From a virus, in IMG/VR virus record IMGVR_UViG_3300045988_161200: a stretch of DNA of 64,000 nucleotides, one strand, 5' to 3'. The notes beneath the pieces were generated by a model. That model was not told where the DNA came from, did no database searches, and saw only the letters and a list, made by a program, of their open reading frames with translations. Each line of letters opens with the position of its first letter. The stretch's first letter is position 1. The position numbers and the translations under genes were made by a program. This document shows, piece by piece, positions 43,247 to 50,617 of the stretch.

Positions 43247-43561
43247 TTAATCATTAGTCATCTTTGCTCCGCAGTTGGGGCAATATGGAGATTTTTGCTG
43301 CTCATATTCGTGCGACCACCCACCTGTACCGCCTATGTCTTTCAGGAGTGTTTTATTGTCGCAAACTGAACAGCGAAAACGCCCACCACGATTATACCAA
43401 CGCCCGTGACGGACAGGCGCAACGTCTACGACGGGCAGTTTGTATATAGCGCTACCAATAACATCAACAGCACCGCTGTGAGAACCAAGTGTACCGTCGT
43501 GCGTACAGCCGTAATCGTCAATTATTTTCATAACAGCTTCACGCTTTATATACTCAGCCAT
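43247..43561 (-). CDS. Zinc-ribbon protein, paralog family member 1
   Basis: VDVAPVRHGRW...RCSVCDNK...YCPNCGAKM. Confidence 0.6.
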   Translation of the reverse strand: MAEYIKREAVMKIIDDYGCTHDGTLGSHSGAVDVIGSAIYKLPVVDVAPVRHGRWYNRGGRFRCSVCDNKTLLKDIGGTGGWSHEYEQQKSPYCPNCGAKMTND

Positions 43562-43563
43562 TA

Positions 43564-43995
43564 TCAGCCCTCCTCAGTTATAGTGTCACAGTCAAACATA
43601 ACGTTACAGCCTCTTTGTTTGAGCATTTCGCCGATAATTATGAGATGACAAAGATTTTCGTCCACACAGAAGCATAACAGAGCTATGTTCTCACCTGCCT
43701 TGTCATACTGTTCAAGCCGATTGAGCCATTCTTTCGCAGTTTCATTGTTTTTGATTTCGTTAATGAATGCAGGCTTGTACACATTATCAAACGTTTCCTG
43801 ATTCCAACAGCCCTGTTTTTTCCAGCCAAGATAAGACCAGAACAGATTGCAGCTCGGACTAAGGTCCGGAACGTGCATAGCGTCATTAAGAATGCTGCTG
43901 TGAGTTCTTTCGAGAGATGCGATACTGCGTACAATGAGAAATGTCCTATCGTAGTCAGCTTTATGCCAATGTTTTATGTTTGTGCATCTAATCAT
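43564..43995 (-). CDS. DUF488 (YeaO-like) family protein
   Basis: Start taken at ATG 43995 (AGAGGA RBS). DLSPSCNLFWSY...W..ETFDNVYKPAFINEI...IALLCFC..ENLCH. Confidence 0.6.
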   Translation of the reverse strand: MIRCTNIKHWHKADYDRTFLIVRSIASLERTHSSILNDAMHVPDLSPSCNLFWSYLGWKKQGCWNQETFDNVYKPAFINEIKNNETAKEWLNRLEQYDKAGENIALLCFCVDENLCHLIIIGEMLKQRGCNVMFDCDTITEEG

Positions 43996-44047
43996 TTTAA
44001 AATCCTCTTCTCTGTTACTTTCATAAATCGTACTTCCTTTCGCATTG

Positions 44048-44614
44048 TCAGCCCTCCTCAACATAGCACCAACTTTGCGGCGGTCTTTTTAAAGGTTTAA
44101 ACCCGTCAACACCACAATACTCCACACCGTATTCTTCAAGCTGATAATATTCACAGTTATAACAGTCTGTTTCGCCATTCTCTTTGCATTTTGTTGTAAA
44201 CTCGCTAAGTTTTTTCGGCTCGTCATAAATTTTGAGGTCGGATATGTGCCAACCGTTTCCTTTTTTATCGTTGAGGTAATGTTGTAATTGATTAATATTA
44301 AGGCAAGTTTCGGCTGTAATACATACATCTGGGTGTTGAATGAGTTGATTGACACGTATATATGTCATTACAGGATCATCAATGATATCAATCGTGTCAA
44401 TTCTATCACATACAAACTCGCCTATGACTTTAGTATCAAGTTGCACATTTTTATCAAGCCTTATCCAACCTTTTGGAGCTTTACAGCAATAAATATAGCA
44501 CTTAAACGGCGTTTCAAGCTTTGGCTTTGTCTTGCGAACTTCAATGGTCTTATAGCGGTTTGCGATGAGTTCACACCATCTCGGCTTGACACTTATTAGA
44601 ACTGCTTTACTCAT
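44048..44614 (-). CDS. ASCH domain protein
   Basis: Start taken at ATG 44614 (GGAGG RBS, ATGAGTAA overlap). AVLISVKPRWCELIANRYKTIEVRKTKPK. Confidence 0.6.
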   Translation of the reverse strand: MSKAVLISVKPRWCELIANRYKTIEVRKTKPKLETPFKCYIYCCKAPKGWIRLDKNVQLDTKVIGEFVCDRIDTIDIIDDPVMTYIRVNQLIQHPDVCITAETCLNINQLQHYLNDKKGNGWHISDLKIYDEPKKLSEFTTKCKENGETDCYNCEYYQLEEYGVEYCGVDGFKPLKRPPQSWCYVEEG

Positions 44615-44987
44615 TTTCATCACCTCCGTCCATCTTTGCCCCACAGTTCGGGCAGTATTTAGAGCCAGCATACACATATGGGCTGAACCGCTTGTCGATC
44701 GGCAGATTGTTATTAACACTATGGCACAAGCTACATTCCCATGCACCTAAACCCCAGTCATGCCCGTTTTGATTATATACCCAATGCCCATGCTTCACTG
44801 GTGCAACATCAACATTTGTGACTTCAAAACAAGTTTTAAGCCACTCTTTTACATTAGCTAAACAGTATGATCCATATCCAATATGCCATTCGTTGTCCGA
44901 TAGATCGTAATACTCAATTAAATAATATGGTTTATCAACGTTGCCTCTAACGATTATGTTAGGATTTACTGCTTTAATTTTATCCAT
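44607..44987 (-). CDS. Zinc-ribbon protein, paralog family member 2
   Basis: Start taken at ATG 44987. VDVAPVKHGHW...CSLCHS...YCPNCGAKM. Confidence 0.6.
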   Translation of the reverse strand: MDKIKAVNPNIIVRGNVDKPYYLIEYYDLSDNEWHIGYGSYCLANVKEWLKTCFEVTNVDVAPVKHGHWVYNQNGHDWGLGAWECSLCHSVNNNLPIDKRFSPYVYAGSKYCPNCGAKMDGGDENE

Positions 44988-45168
44988 TGTTATTTTCCTC
45001 ACTTCCTTTATCCATTTTAGCTCCGCAGTTCGGACAGAAATTAAAATCATTACCCCACACAATTACTCCGCACTCTGAACATTTGTATTTCTTTGAAATC
45101 CAATGCCCGTGCTTTACGGGTGAAACGTTGGCGGTTGGTGCATTATCAGTCAAGTCGTATTCAGCCAT
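44980..45168 (-). CDS. Zinc-ribbon protein, paralog family member 3
   Basis: ANVSPVKHGHW..KCSECG...FCPNCGAKM. Confidence 0.6.
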   Translation of the reverse strand: MAEYDLTDNAPTANVSPVKHGHWISKKYKCSECGVIVWGNDFNFCPNCGAKMDKGSEENNNG

Positions 45169-45424
45169 TATCTATCTTCGTCCTTTCTTCTACAACATTT
45201 AAACCATCAATCGCATACCCGCCAGACTTTCCCTCAAGTAGTACAACGATTGTTCCGCAACAATTCCACGGATTTGAACGTACTGTCCAAGTTTTGCCCT
45301 TGTCTTTTTCGCTTACAGAATAATTGTTGTTCATAATAACCCTGTCGCCTATTTTGATATTATTCATAGCAAGTACCCCACAATACATACTGTCAAAAAG
45401 ACTTAATACATTCAGTTTTATCAC
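45161..45424 (-). CDS. Hypothetical small protein (start uncertain)
   Basis: 87-aa ORF. The conserved-looking part starts at MNNIKIGDRV. No well-spaced RBS/start pair found. Confidence 0.45.
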   Translation of the reverse strand: MIKLNVLSLFDSMYCGVLAMNNIKIGDRVIMNNNYSVSEKDKGKTWTVRSNPWNCCGTIVVLLEGKSGGYAIDGLNVVEERTKIDNG

Positions 45425-45438
45425 TCCTATCTTATTAT

Positions 45439-45666
45439 TTACTTATCATTATTGTTGTTAGTCCACACAGATTCTGTATTTTCATTACCTAAAGCATCAT
45501 TTAGTAATCTCTTCAAATGCTTCACGGCTTTATCTATTTCCTTAAAAATTTTCACCTCATCTTCTAAAGACTTACCATGAAGATGAAAAATCAGATCACC
45601 ATAAGCCCACTGTAATGACGTATAACTCTTACCAAATTCAGAATCATCAGAAATTGAATCAAGCAT
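45439..45666 (-). CDS. Hypothetical protein (possibly the 3' part of one gene with 45591..45803)
   Basis: 75-aa ORF whose ATG lies within an A-run. Overlaps the upstream ORF by 76 nt. Confidence 0.5.
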   Translation of the reverse strand: MLDSISDDSEFGKSYTSLQWAYGDLIFHLHGKSLEDEVKIFKEIDKAVKHLKRLLNDALGNENTESVWTNNNNDK

Positions 45667-45803
45667 TTTTTATAATCGTTACAGAAACCTTCTAATCTCT
45701 CCTTTGGAATAAGTGGTTCAAGTATCCTATTCTCTAATTTTGAACCATCGCCATAGACTGTAAAATCCCATTCCTGTTTGTTATTTTCTTTGTTATTGTT
45801 CAT
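45591..45803 (-). CDS. Hypothetical protein (possibly the 5' part of one gene with 45439..45666)
   Basis: 70-aa ORF. After ...NDYKK the sequence becomes hydrophobic and low-complexity, suggesting it is out of frame. Confidence 0.4.
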   Translation of the reverse strand: MNNNKENNKQEWDFTVYGDGSKLENRILEPLIPKERLEGFCNDYKKCLIQFLMILNLVRVIRHYSGLMVI

Positions 45804-45848
45804 CTTTATATCCTCGCTTAATTTATGATAAAAGCAATTTTTATTGTT

Positions 45849-46214
45849 TTACTCAATTCCATATTCTTTGAAAAACTCTGGTATATCCAGCCATTCGTCT
45901 TTCATAAGATTTCCTATCTTTGTAATAGACCTACCCAAACCATTTGAAACTACTCTTATGTACTTACCTTTACAATCTTCCCACTTACTTACATCAACAA
46001 CTTTCATAATTCGTGTAATTAAATCCATACTATAAGCACAACATTGACGTTTCTTTGTATTCTTATTATATTCATCTAAAGCATATCCACCTATAACACA
46101 AGCTGTTCCATCGGAAATATCAACGGCAATACCAAATGTAAGAATGCCGTGGTCTTCGTAATAAATTGATACATTTTTAATCTGTGCATTAAGAATTTCT
46201 GGTGTGTTATTCAT
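45849..46214 (-). CDS. Hypothetical protein
   Basis: 121-aa ORF coupled to the upstream phosphoesterase gene. Confidence 0.55.
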   Translation of the reverse strand: MNNTPEILNAQIKNVSIYYEDHGILTFGIAVDISDGTACVIGGYALDEYNKNTKKRQCCAYSMDLITRIMKVVDVSKWEDCKGKYIRVVSNGLGRSITKIGNLMKDEWLDIPEFFKEYGIE

Positions 46215-46758
46215 TTTTATCTTCCTTTCTTAACTGTTCCAAAGTAACAGGTGTATAATTATGAAGCATACAGCCTACATTATAACACTCATAACTAAAT
46301 CCTTTACTCTTCATTATTTTTGCATATTCCTGAAAAGGTCTTGTGTCACGTCCTGCATGAATATGACCATACAGATGAATATATCCATAATCGGCATTTA
46401 TCCAATGAGCAATAGGATAATGACAAAGAACAAGGTGTTCACCGTTATCTTTGATTACATCATAATCTTTAATCCACTCAAAATATTTGTTATGCTCTGT
46501 AGAAATTCTATCGTGATTGCCTTTTATAAGGAATTTTGTACCTTTGAGTCTTGGCATTATTTCAGGAATTAATCTATTATCCCAGAACATATCACCAAGA
46601 ACATAAACCAAATCACCTTTTGAAACAACACTGTTCCAATTTTGTATCATTGTTTCGTGCATATCATCAAGTGACTTAAATGGTCTGCTGTCAAAATCAA
46701 TACATTTTTGATGACCAAAATGTAAGTCTGATATATAAAATTTGCTTATTTTTATCAC
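46207..46758 (-). CDS. Calcineurin-like metallophosphoesterase
   Basis: Motifs ISDLHFGH, LGDMFWD, KGNHDR, LYGHIHAG. Confidence 0.8.
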   Translation of the reverse strand: MIKISKFYISDLHFGHQKCIDFDSRPFKSLDDMHETMIQNWNSVVSKGDLVYVLGDMFWDNRLIPEIMPRLKGTKFLIKGNHDRISTEHNKYFEWIKDYDVIKDNGEHLVLCHYPIAHWINADYGYIHLYGHIHAGRDTRPFQEYAKIMKSKGFSYECYNVGCMLHNYTPVTLEQLRKEDKNE

Positions 46759-46809
46759 CTCCTCACATACAATAAAAAATCTGTTTTGTGATAGTTCAAT
46801 GATTCTGTC

Positions 46810-46841
46810 TTTAGTCTAAAATAATTCCATTTTAGACTAAA
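46810..46841. other. Perfect 13-bp hairpin
   Basis: TTTAGTCTAAAAT (46810-46822), loop AATTCC, ATTTTAGACTAAA (46829-46841). Lies between two minus-strand genes. No U-tract on the minus strand. Confidence 0.8.
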
Positions 46842-46865
46842 ACTTATCACGAAATTTCACTTTCA

Positions 46866-47096
46866 TCATAACTCAATATGACAATTTGATACATCTTCTT
46901 TCTTATAACTCCATTTGTGCGGATTTATACGGTTACGATGTATCAGTGCATATCGTAGAACACTATGCTGTAAGCAATTAACCATTTTGTCAATTTCTTC
47001 TAAATCGTCAGTAACTGCAATGCGATTTAATTCACCATCAATCATATCTCTGAGATTACGTTGTTCATTGCACTGTTCCTGATTTACATAAAGCAT
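46866..47096 (-). CDS. Hypothetical protein
   Basis: 76-aa ORF. Confidence 0.5.
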   Translation of the reverse strand: MLYVNQEQCNEQRNLRDMIDGELNRIAVTDDLEEIDKMVNCLQHSVLRYALIHRNRINPHKWSYKKEDVSNCHIEL

Positions 47097-47108
47097 ATTA
47101 TTATCTCC

Positions 47109-48026
47109 TTATCTTTCACTTGCAATATTTCTTGCTAATTTCATAGCGATGCCATTAGCAACCTTGCCGAAATTATCAATCTGCTTTACTATTTCAGGCT
47201 CTTCCTTAACACAATCCTCGTAAACAGCCTTAGTCAAGTTCTTTGTAATAATAGGCATTTCCTCTAAAGACCAATTCTCAGGGAGAATATCTTCGTCAAC
47301 AAACTTATTAAGAAGTTTCCTTACTCTTGCTTCTGTAACAATAGTTTCAGCAAGTTTCTGGATTTCTTCTCTCTTTTTCATCATTGCAGGGTCAACAACC
47401 TTTGCTTCTTTATGAGTATGTGTTTCCTGAAATTTTTCAGCCACAATCTTGATGTAAAACGGCTGACGGGTATTAGGATTGTTAAGCATTGTCTGATTTT
47501 TAATTACAATTCCTTCACCGTATTCACCGCCAAGGTCAGTCTTACCTACAAAACTCATACAATGTCCCCAAGAGATAAATTTACCCTCATAAAATGTAGG
47601 AACATAAGTAAGATTAAGTTTGCTTACAATAGCCTGAACTGTACTCTGAGGAAGATACTTTTCTGTATTAGTATCATACACGTCATAACAATAAGTATGA
47701 TTATAACGCTCTTCTGGATAAGACAGAGTATGAGGCACAAGCCATTCCATAAATAATACAAGGTTGTCGCCGAGAACAGATTTTATGAGTTCCTTATTGA
47801 GCGTCTGCGACCACTCATAAAATCCTCTGAGATTATTGCCAACGCCAAGAATATTCTTTCTTGACTGGGCAACTATCGTATCAGTTTCAGAATCATATCT
47901 GATAGCTGCATTACAGCCATCAATCTTTTCTTGAATAACTATGTAATCACCAACGCTAAAACCGTTAGCATACTCAGGTTTAATCCTCTGAATATCCATA
48001 AACTTCTTATGTATCATTTTTAACAT
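47109..48026 (-). CDS. RNA ligase (Rnl2-like nucleotidyltransferase)
   Basis: Motif I QEKIDGCNA, then FMEWL, EGIVIKN, YIKIVAEKF. About 300 aa, as in RNA_ligase-family enzymes. Confidence 0.7.
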   Translation of the reverse strand: MLKMIHKKFMDIQRIKPEYANGFSVGDYIVIQEKIDGCNAAIRYDSETDTIVAQSRKNILGVGNNLRGFYEWSQTLNKELIKSVLGDNLVLFMEWLVPHTLSYPEERYNHTYCYDVYDTNTEKYLPQSTVQAIVSKLNLTYVPTFYEGKFISWGHCMSFVGKTDLGGEYGEGIVIKNQTMLNNPNTRQPFYIKIVAEKFQETHTHKEAKVVDPAMMKKREEIQKLAETIVTEARVRKLLNKFVDEDILPENWSLEEMPIITKNLTKAVYEDCVKEEPEIVKQIDNFGKVANGIAMKLARNIASER

Positions 48027-48089
48027 CTCCTTTAATTTTTAAGCCTAAGTCTTCTATGTAATTTGGAAGCATTTTATCACCACTTTGAC

Positions 48090-48410
48090 TTAATGTATAA
48101 ATAATGTGTGACCTGTTTCTTTGTCTTCTAAAGTAAAATCATCAATATTAGGTATGGATTTATATTCCCACCACTCACTACCATCATATTCATGACGTTC
48201 AAGCCAAAACTCCTTACCTACAACAACAAGAGCGGTGTTTATTTCTTCTAATCCATAGCCATCATCATAAATAATGTTTTCGGCTCTTCTTATAAATTCT
48301 TCTGGAGAGATGCGTAGCTGATGAAAACAGTCAGCAACAAAAATAATATCATCAAATGTTTTATTGTATTTCTCTAATACTTCTTTTGTTTCTTGTAAAA
48401 AATTAATCAT
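48090..48410 (-). CDS. Hypothetical protein
   Basis: 106-aa ORF. Confidence 0.5.
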   Translation of the reverse strand: MINFLQETKEVLEKYNKTFDDIIFVADCFHQLRISPEEFIRRAENIIYDDGYGLEEINTALVVVGKEFWLERHEYDGSEWWEYKSIPNIDDFTLEDKETGHTLFIH

Positions 48411-48433
48411 TTTATCATCACCAAACCAATCTT

Positions 48434-48769
48434 TTATTGTATATTATTAATCTCTTCAAAAGTATTTGTCTCTGGGTTATACCGATAAGGTAATCCATTT
48501 GGTGCATAATATGGAGTTGGTGTTGTTGCGTAATCCAAACTAAATGTTCCATTCCACCAATACACGATTCTTGTGGAGCTATCATAATATATGCAACTAC
48601 TATAAATTGAAGTTGATGGAATTAGAATTAAATTACCGCTTCCAAATGTTACATTTGATAATTCTTCACTATTTTCAACATTTACTAAAATGGTATTGTC
48701 ATTTGAACAACCAGATAAAGTAGTCAAAACAAATATACTTGCGATTATTGCAATTAATTTATTCCTCAT
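48434..48769 (-). CDS. Lipoprotein
   Basis: Signal peptide plus lipobox: MRNKLIAIIASIFVLTTLSGC. Confidence 0.65.
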   Translation of the reverse strand: MRNKLIAIIASIFVLTTLSGCSNDNTILVNVENSEELSNVTFGSGNLILIPSTSIYSSCIYYDSSTRIVYWWNGTFSLDYATTPTPYYAPNGLPYRYNPETNTFEEINNIQ

Positions 48770-48796
48770 AATTTTACCCTCTCTATTATAAAATTA

Positions 48797-49561
48797 TTAA
48801 TCCTTTGAAAGTCTATAAAGATATCTGCCATCCCCTCCTTCTCGTGTTAATGCTAAACTCATATTACTATAATAGTTTTTAGTAAACCATTTGTCCAGCA
48901 TTTTAATCTCAACATCTTCTTGTTCATAAATATCATTTGAAATTTTATTAAAATGTATTCGCATCTCATATCTTGGAGAAGTATTAGTTCCATAGTCATA
49001 AAGAATTACATTGTTTACAATGTTATATCTTTTAAGAAACCAAATTTTAGAGCCGTGCCAAAGTTTGGTTGAAAAATTCTTCCACCAATTTTTAATAAAT
49101 TCCTGTATGTTGTATGCTCGTTCTCTCAAATAATATAAAAAATATGAGCCTTCATAATATTGACCGCCATATCCGTCCATTGCAAAAGATACAAATGGAT
49201 GATTTTTAATTGTTTTTAACATTGGTAACAAAGGATATAACCAAGGATTATTTGATTTAACTTCAGACAACTCAAATTCTTGTAAAAAGAAACTTCTTGA
49301 TGGCTTAAACTTGTCGATATTTAAGGTGTGCTGACAAAAAAATTGAACCGCAGGAGTTTTCTCATCTCCATTATTATTTTCATTCGTATCAACCCACATA
49401 CCAAATTGCCAATTATGCAACCCTTTAATGTTAAAAGATACAACTGAATTTTCACCCATATCAAATACAAAATATGAGTTTTTATAATTGATATTTATAG
49501 GTTCAAAATGATTATCCCTAAGATAAGTAAAAATCTTCTCAGAAGCCTCTTTGTTTGTCAT
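48797..49561 (-). CDS. Hypothetical protein
   Basis: Start taken at ATG 49561 after AAGGGTGA. 254 aa. Confidence 0.55.
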   Translation of the reverse strand: MTNKEASEKIFTYLRDNHFEPININYKNSYFVFDMGENSVVSFNIKGLHNWQFGMWVDTNENNNGDEKTPAVQFFCQHTLNIDKFKPSRSFFLQEFELSEVKSNNPWLYPLLPMLKTIKNHPFVSFAMDGYGGQYYEGSYFLYYLRERAYNIQEFIKNWWKNFSTKLWHGSKIWFLKRYNIVNNVILYDYGTNTSPRYEMRIHFNKISNDIYEQEDVEIKMLDKWFTKNYYSNMSLALTREGGDGRYLYRLSKD

Positions 49562-49565
49562 ATAA

Positions 49566-49892
49566 TTATTCACCCTTTCTATCCTCAATCCAAGCCATAA
49601 ACTCATTAACCGTAGTTTTCTGAATGTCTTTTACCATATTATCATAGTCGAAACAGGAGATAAAGAGAGTAACAACATTTATAGCAGGAATAGCAAAATA
49701 TACATACATAGAAATACCAGCCCAATATTTTGAGTTTTTAATATTATATTTTTCAAACTCATCGGATAAACATTTGAACTTAGCAAACCTTTTGAGATTA
49801 AGATATACTTCTTTAGTAATACGATTCATATAAACCACATTAGCTATAAAGATTATTACATTTACTATTACTGCAAATATTATTACTCTCAT
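49566..49892 (-). CDS. Small membrane protein
   Basis: Hydrophobic N-terminus (VIIFAVIVNVIIFIANVVY) and a second helix (YFAIPAINVVTLFI). Confidence 0.5.
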   Translation of the reverse strand: MRVIIFAVIVNVIIFIANVVYMNRITKEVYLNLKRFAKFKCLSDEFEKYNIKNSKYWAGISMYVYFAIPAINVVTLFISCFDYDNMVKDIQKTTVNEFMAWIEDRKGE

Positions 49893-49911
49893 ATTATTAT
49901 CTCCTCAATAT

Positions 49912-50466
49912 TCACTTTTCAGACCAATCAGCCGGAACTCCATACCTTTCTTCGGCGAGTTTAGTTGCTTCGTAAGCTTCCTTACGTCTGATTGCTTCCA
50001 TACGGATTCTATACTTTTCACGTCTTTTCTTATCACGTTCTGTAAGTCTCTGTTCTTCTGCCTTCTGAATTTCAGCCTTTGCACGAACCTCGGCTTCTCT
50101 CTTAGGCTTAGTAATGAGCCAGTAATCAACTATATCCGAGATATTCTTACCGAGGAACTTCTTTGTTATATGCTTTGCATAACAAGTTGTGAAACCATAA
50201 TAAGCATCTGCCTTGTCAGCAGGACACTCTACTGACTCCTTAGAACCGTCTGCAAAAGTAAGCACCGTTCTTATGTATGTAGTATCATACTTAGTGAACT
50301 GTTCTGCGTGATAGTCTACAACCTTGCAACGCACATCATCTATATTAGAGTTTTTAATCATAAAATTAGGCAACTCAGACATTGCTCCAAACACGAGAGG
50401 TATTGTTGCATCCTCCCTCTTTACCATTACTTCTTTTATAACATTATTAAGGTCTTTGTAAGTCAT
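49912..50466 (-). CDS. Hypothetical protein with K/E/R-rich C-terminus
   Basis: 184-aa ORF with an AAAGGAG RBS. First gene after the promoter at 50541. Confidence 0.55.
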   Translation of the reverse strand: MTYKDLNNVIKEVMVKREDATIPLVFGAMSELPNFMIKNSNIDDVRCKVVDYHAEQFTKYDTTYIRTVLTFADGSKESVECPADKADAYYGFTTCYAKHITKKFLGKNISDIVDYWLITKPKREAEVRAKAEIQKAEEQRLTERDKKRREKYRIRMEAIRRKEAYEATKLAEERYGVPADWSEK

Positions 50467-50510
50467 TCTTATATTCTCCTTTAGTTTATTATATTTTGCG
50501 TAGTCATATT

Positions 50511-50526
50511 ATTATTTACTTATAAT
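50511..50526 (-). promoter_or_regulatory. Palindromic 16-mer (candidate operator), copy 2
   Basis: Minus strand reads ATTATAAGTAAATAAT, about 15 nt downstream of the -10, inside the 5' UTR. Confidence 0.4.
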
Positions 50527-50540
50527 CTGACTACATACTT

Positions 50541-50568
50541 ATTATACCATATATAATAGAAATGTCAA
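50541..50568 (-). promoter_or_regulatory. Consensus sigma-70 promoter with extended -10
   Basis: Minus strand reads TTGACA-16 nt-(TGG)TATAAT. Confidence 0.6.
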
Positions 50569-50599
50569 GTGGTTTTTCAAATTATTTTGCCCATTTTTT

Positions 50600-50615
50600 A
50601 TTACTTACTTATAAT
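50600..50615 (-). promoter_or_regulatory. Palindromic 16-mer (candidate operator), copy 3
   Basis: Minus strand reads ATTATAAGTAAGTAAT followed by A6, 31 nt upstream of the -35. Confidence 0.4.
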
Positions 50616-50617
50616 TA

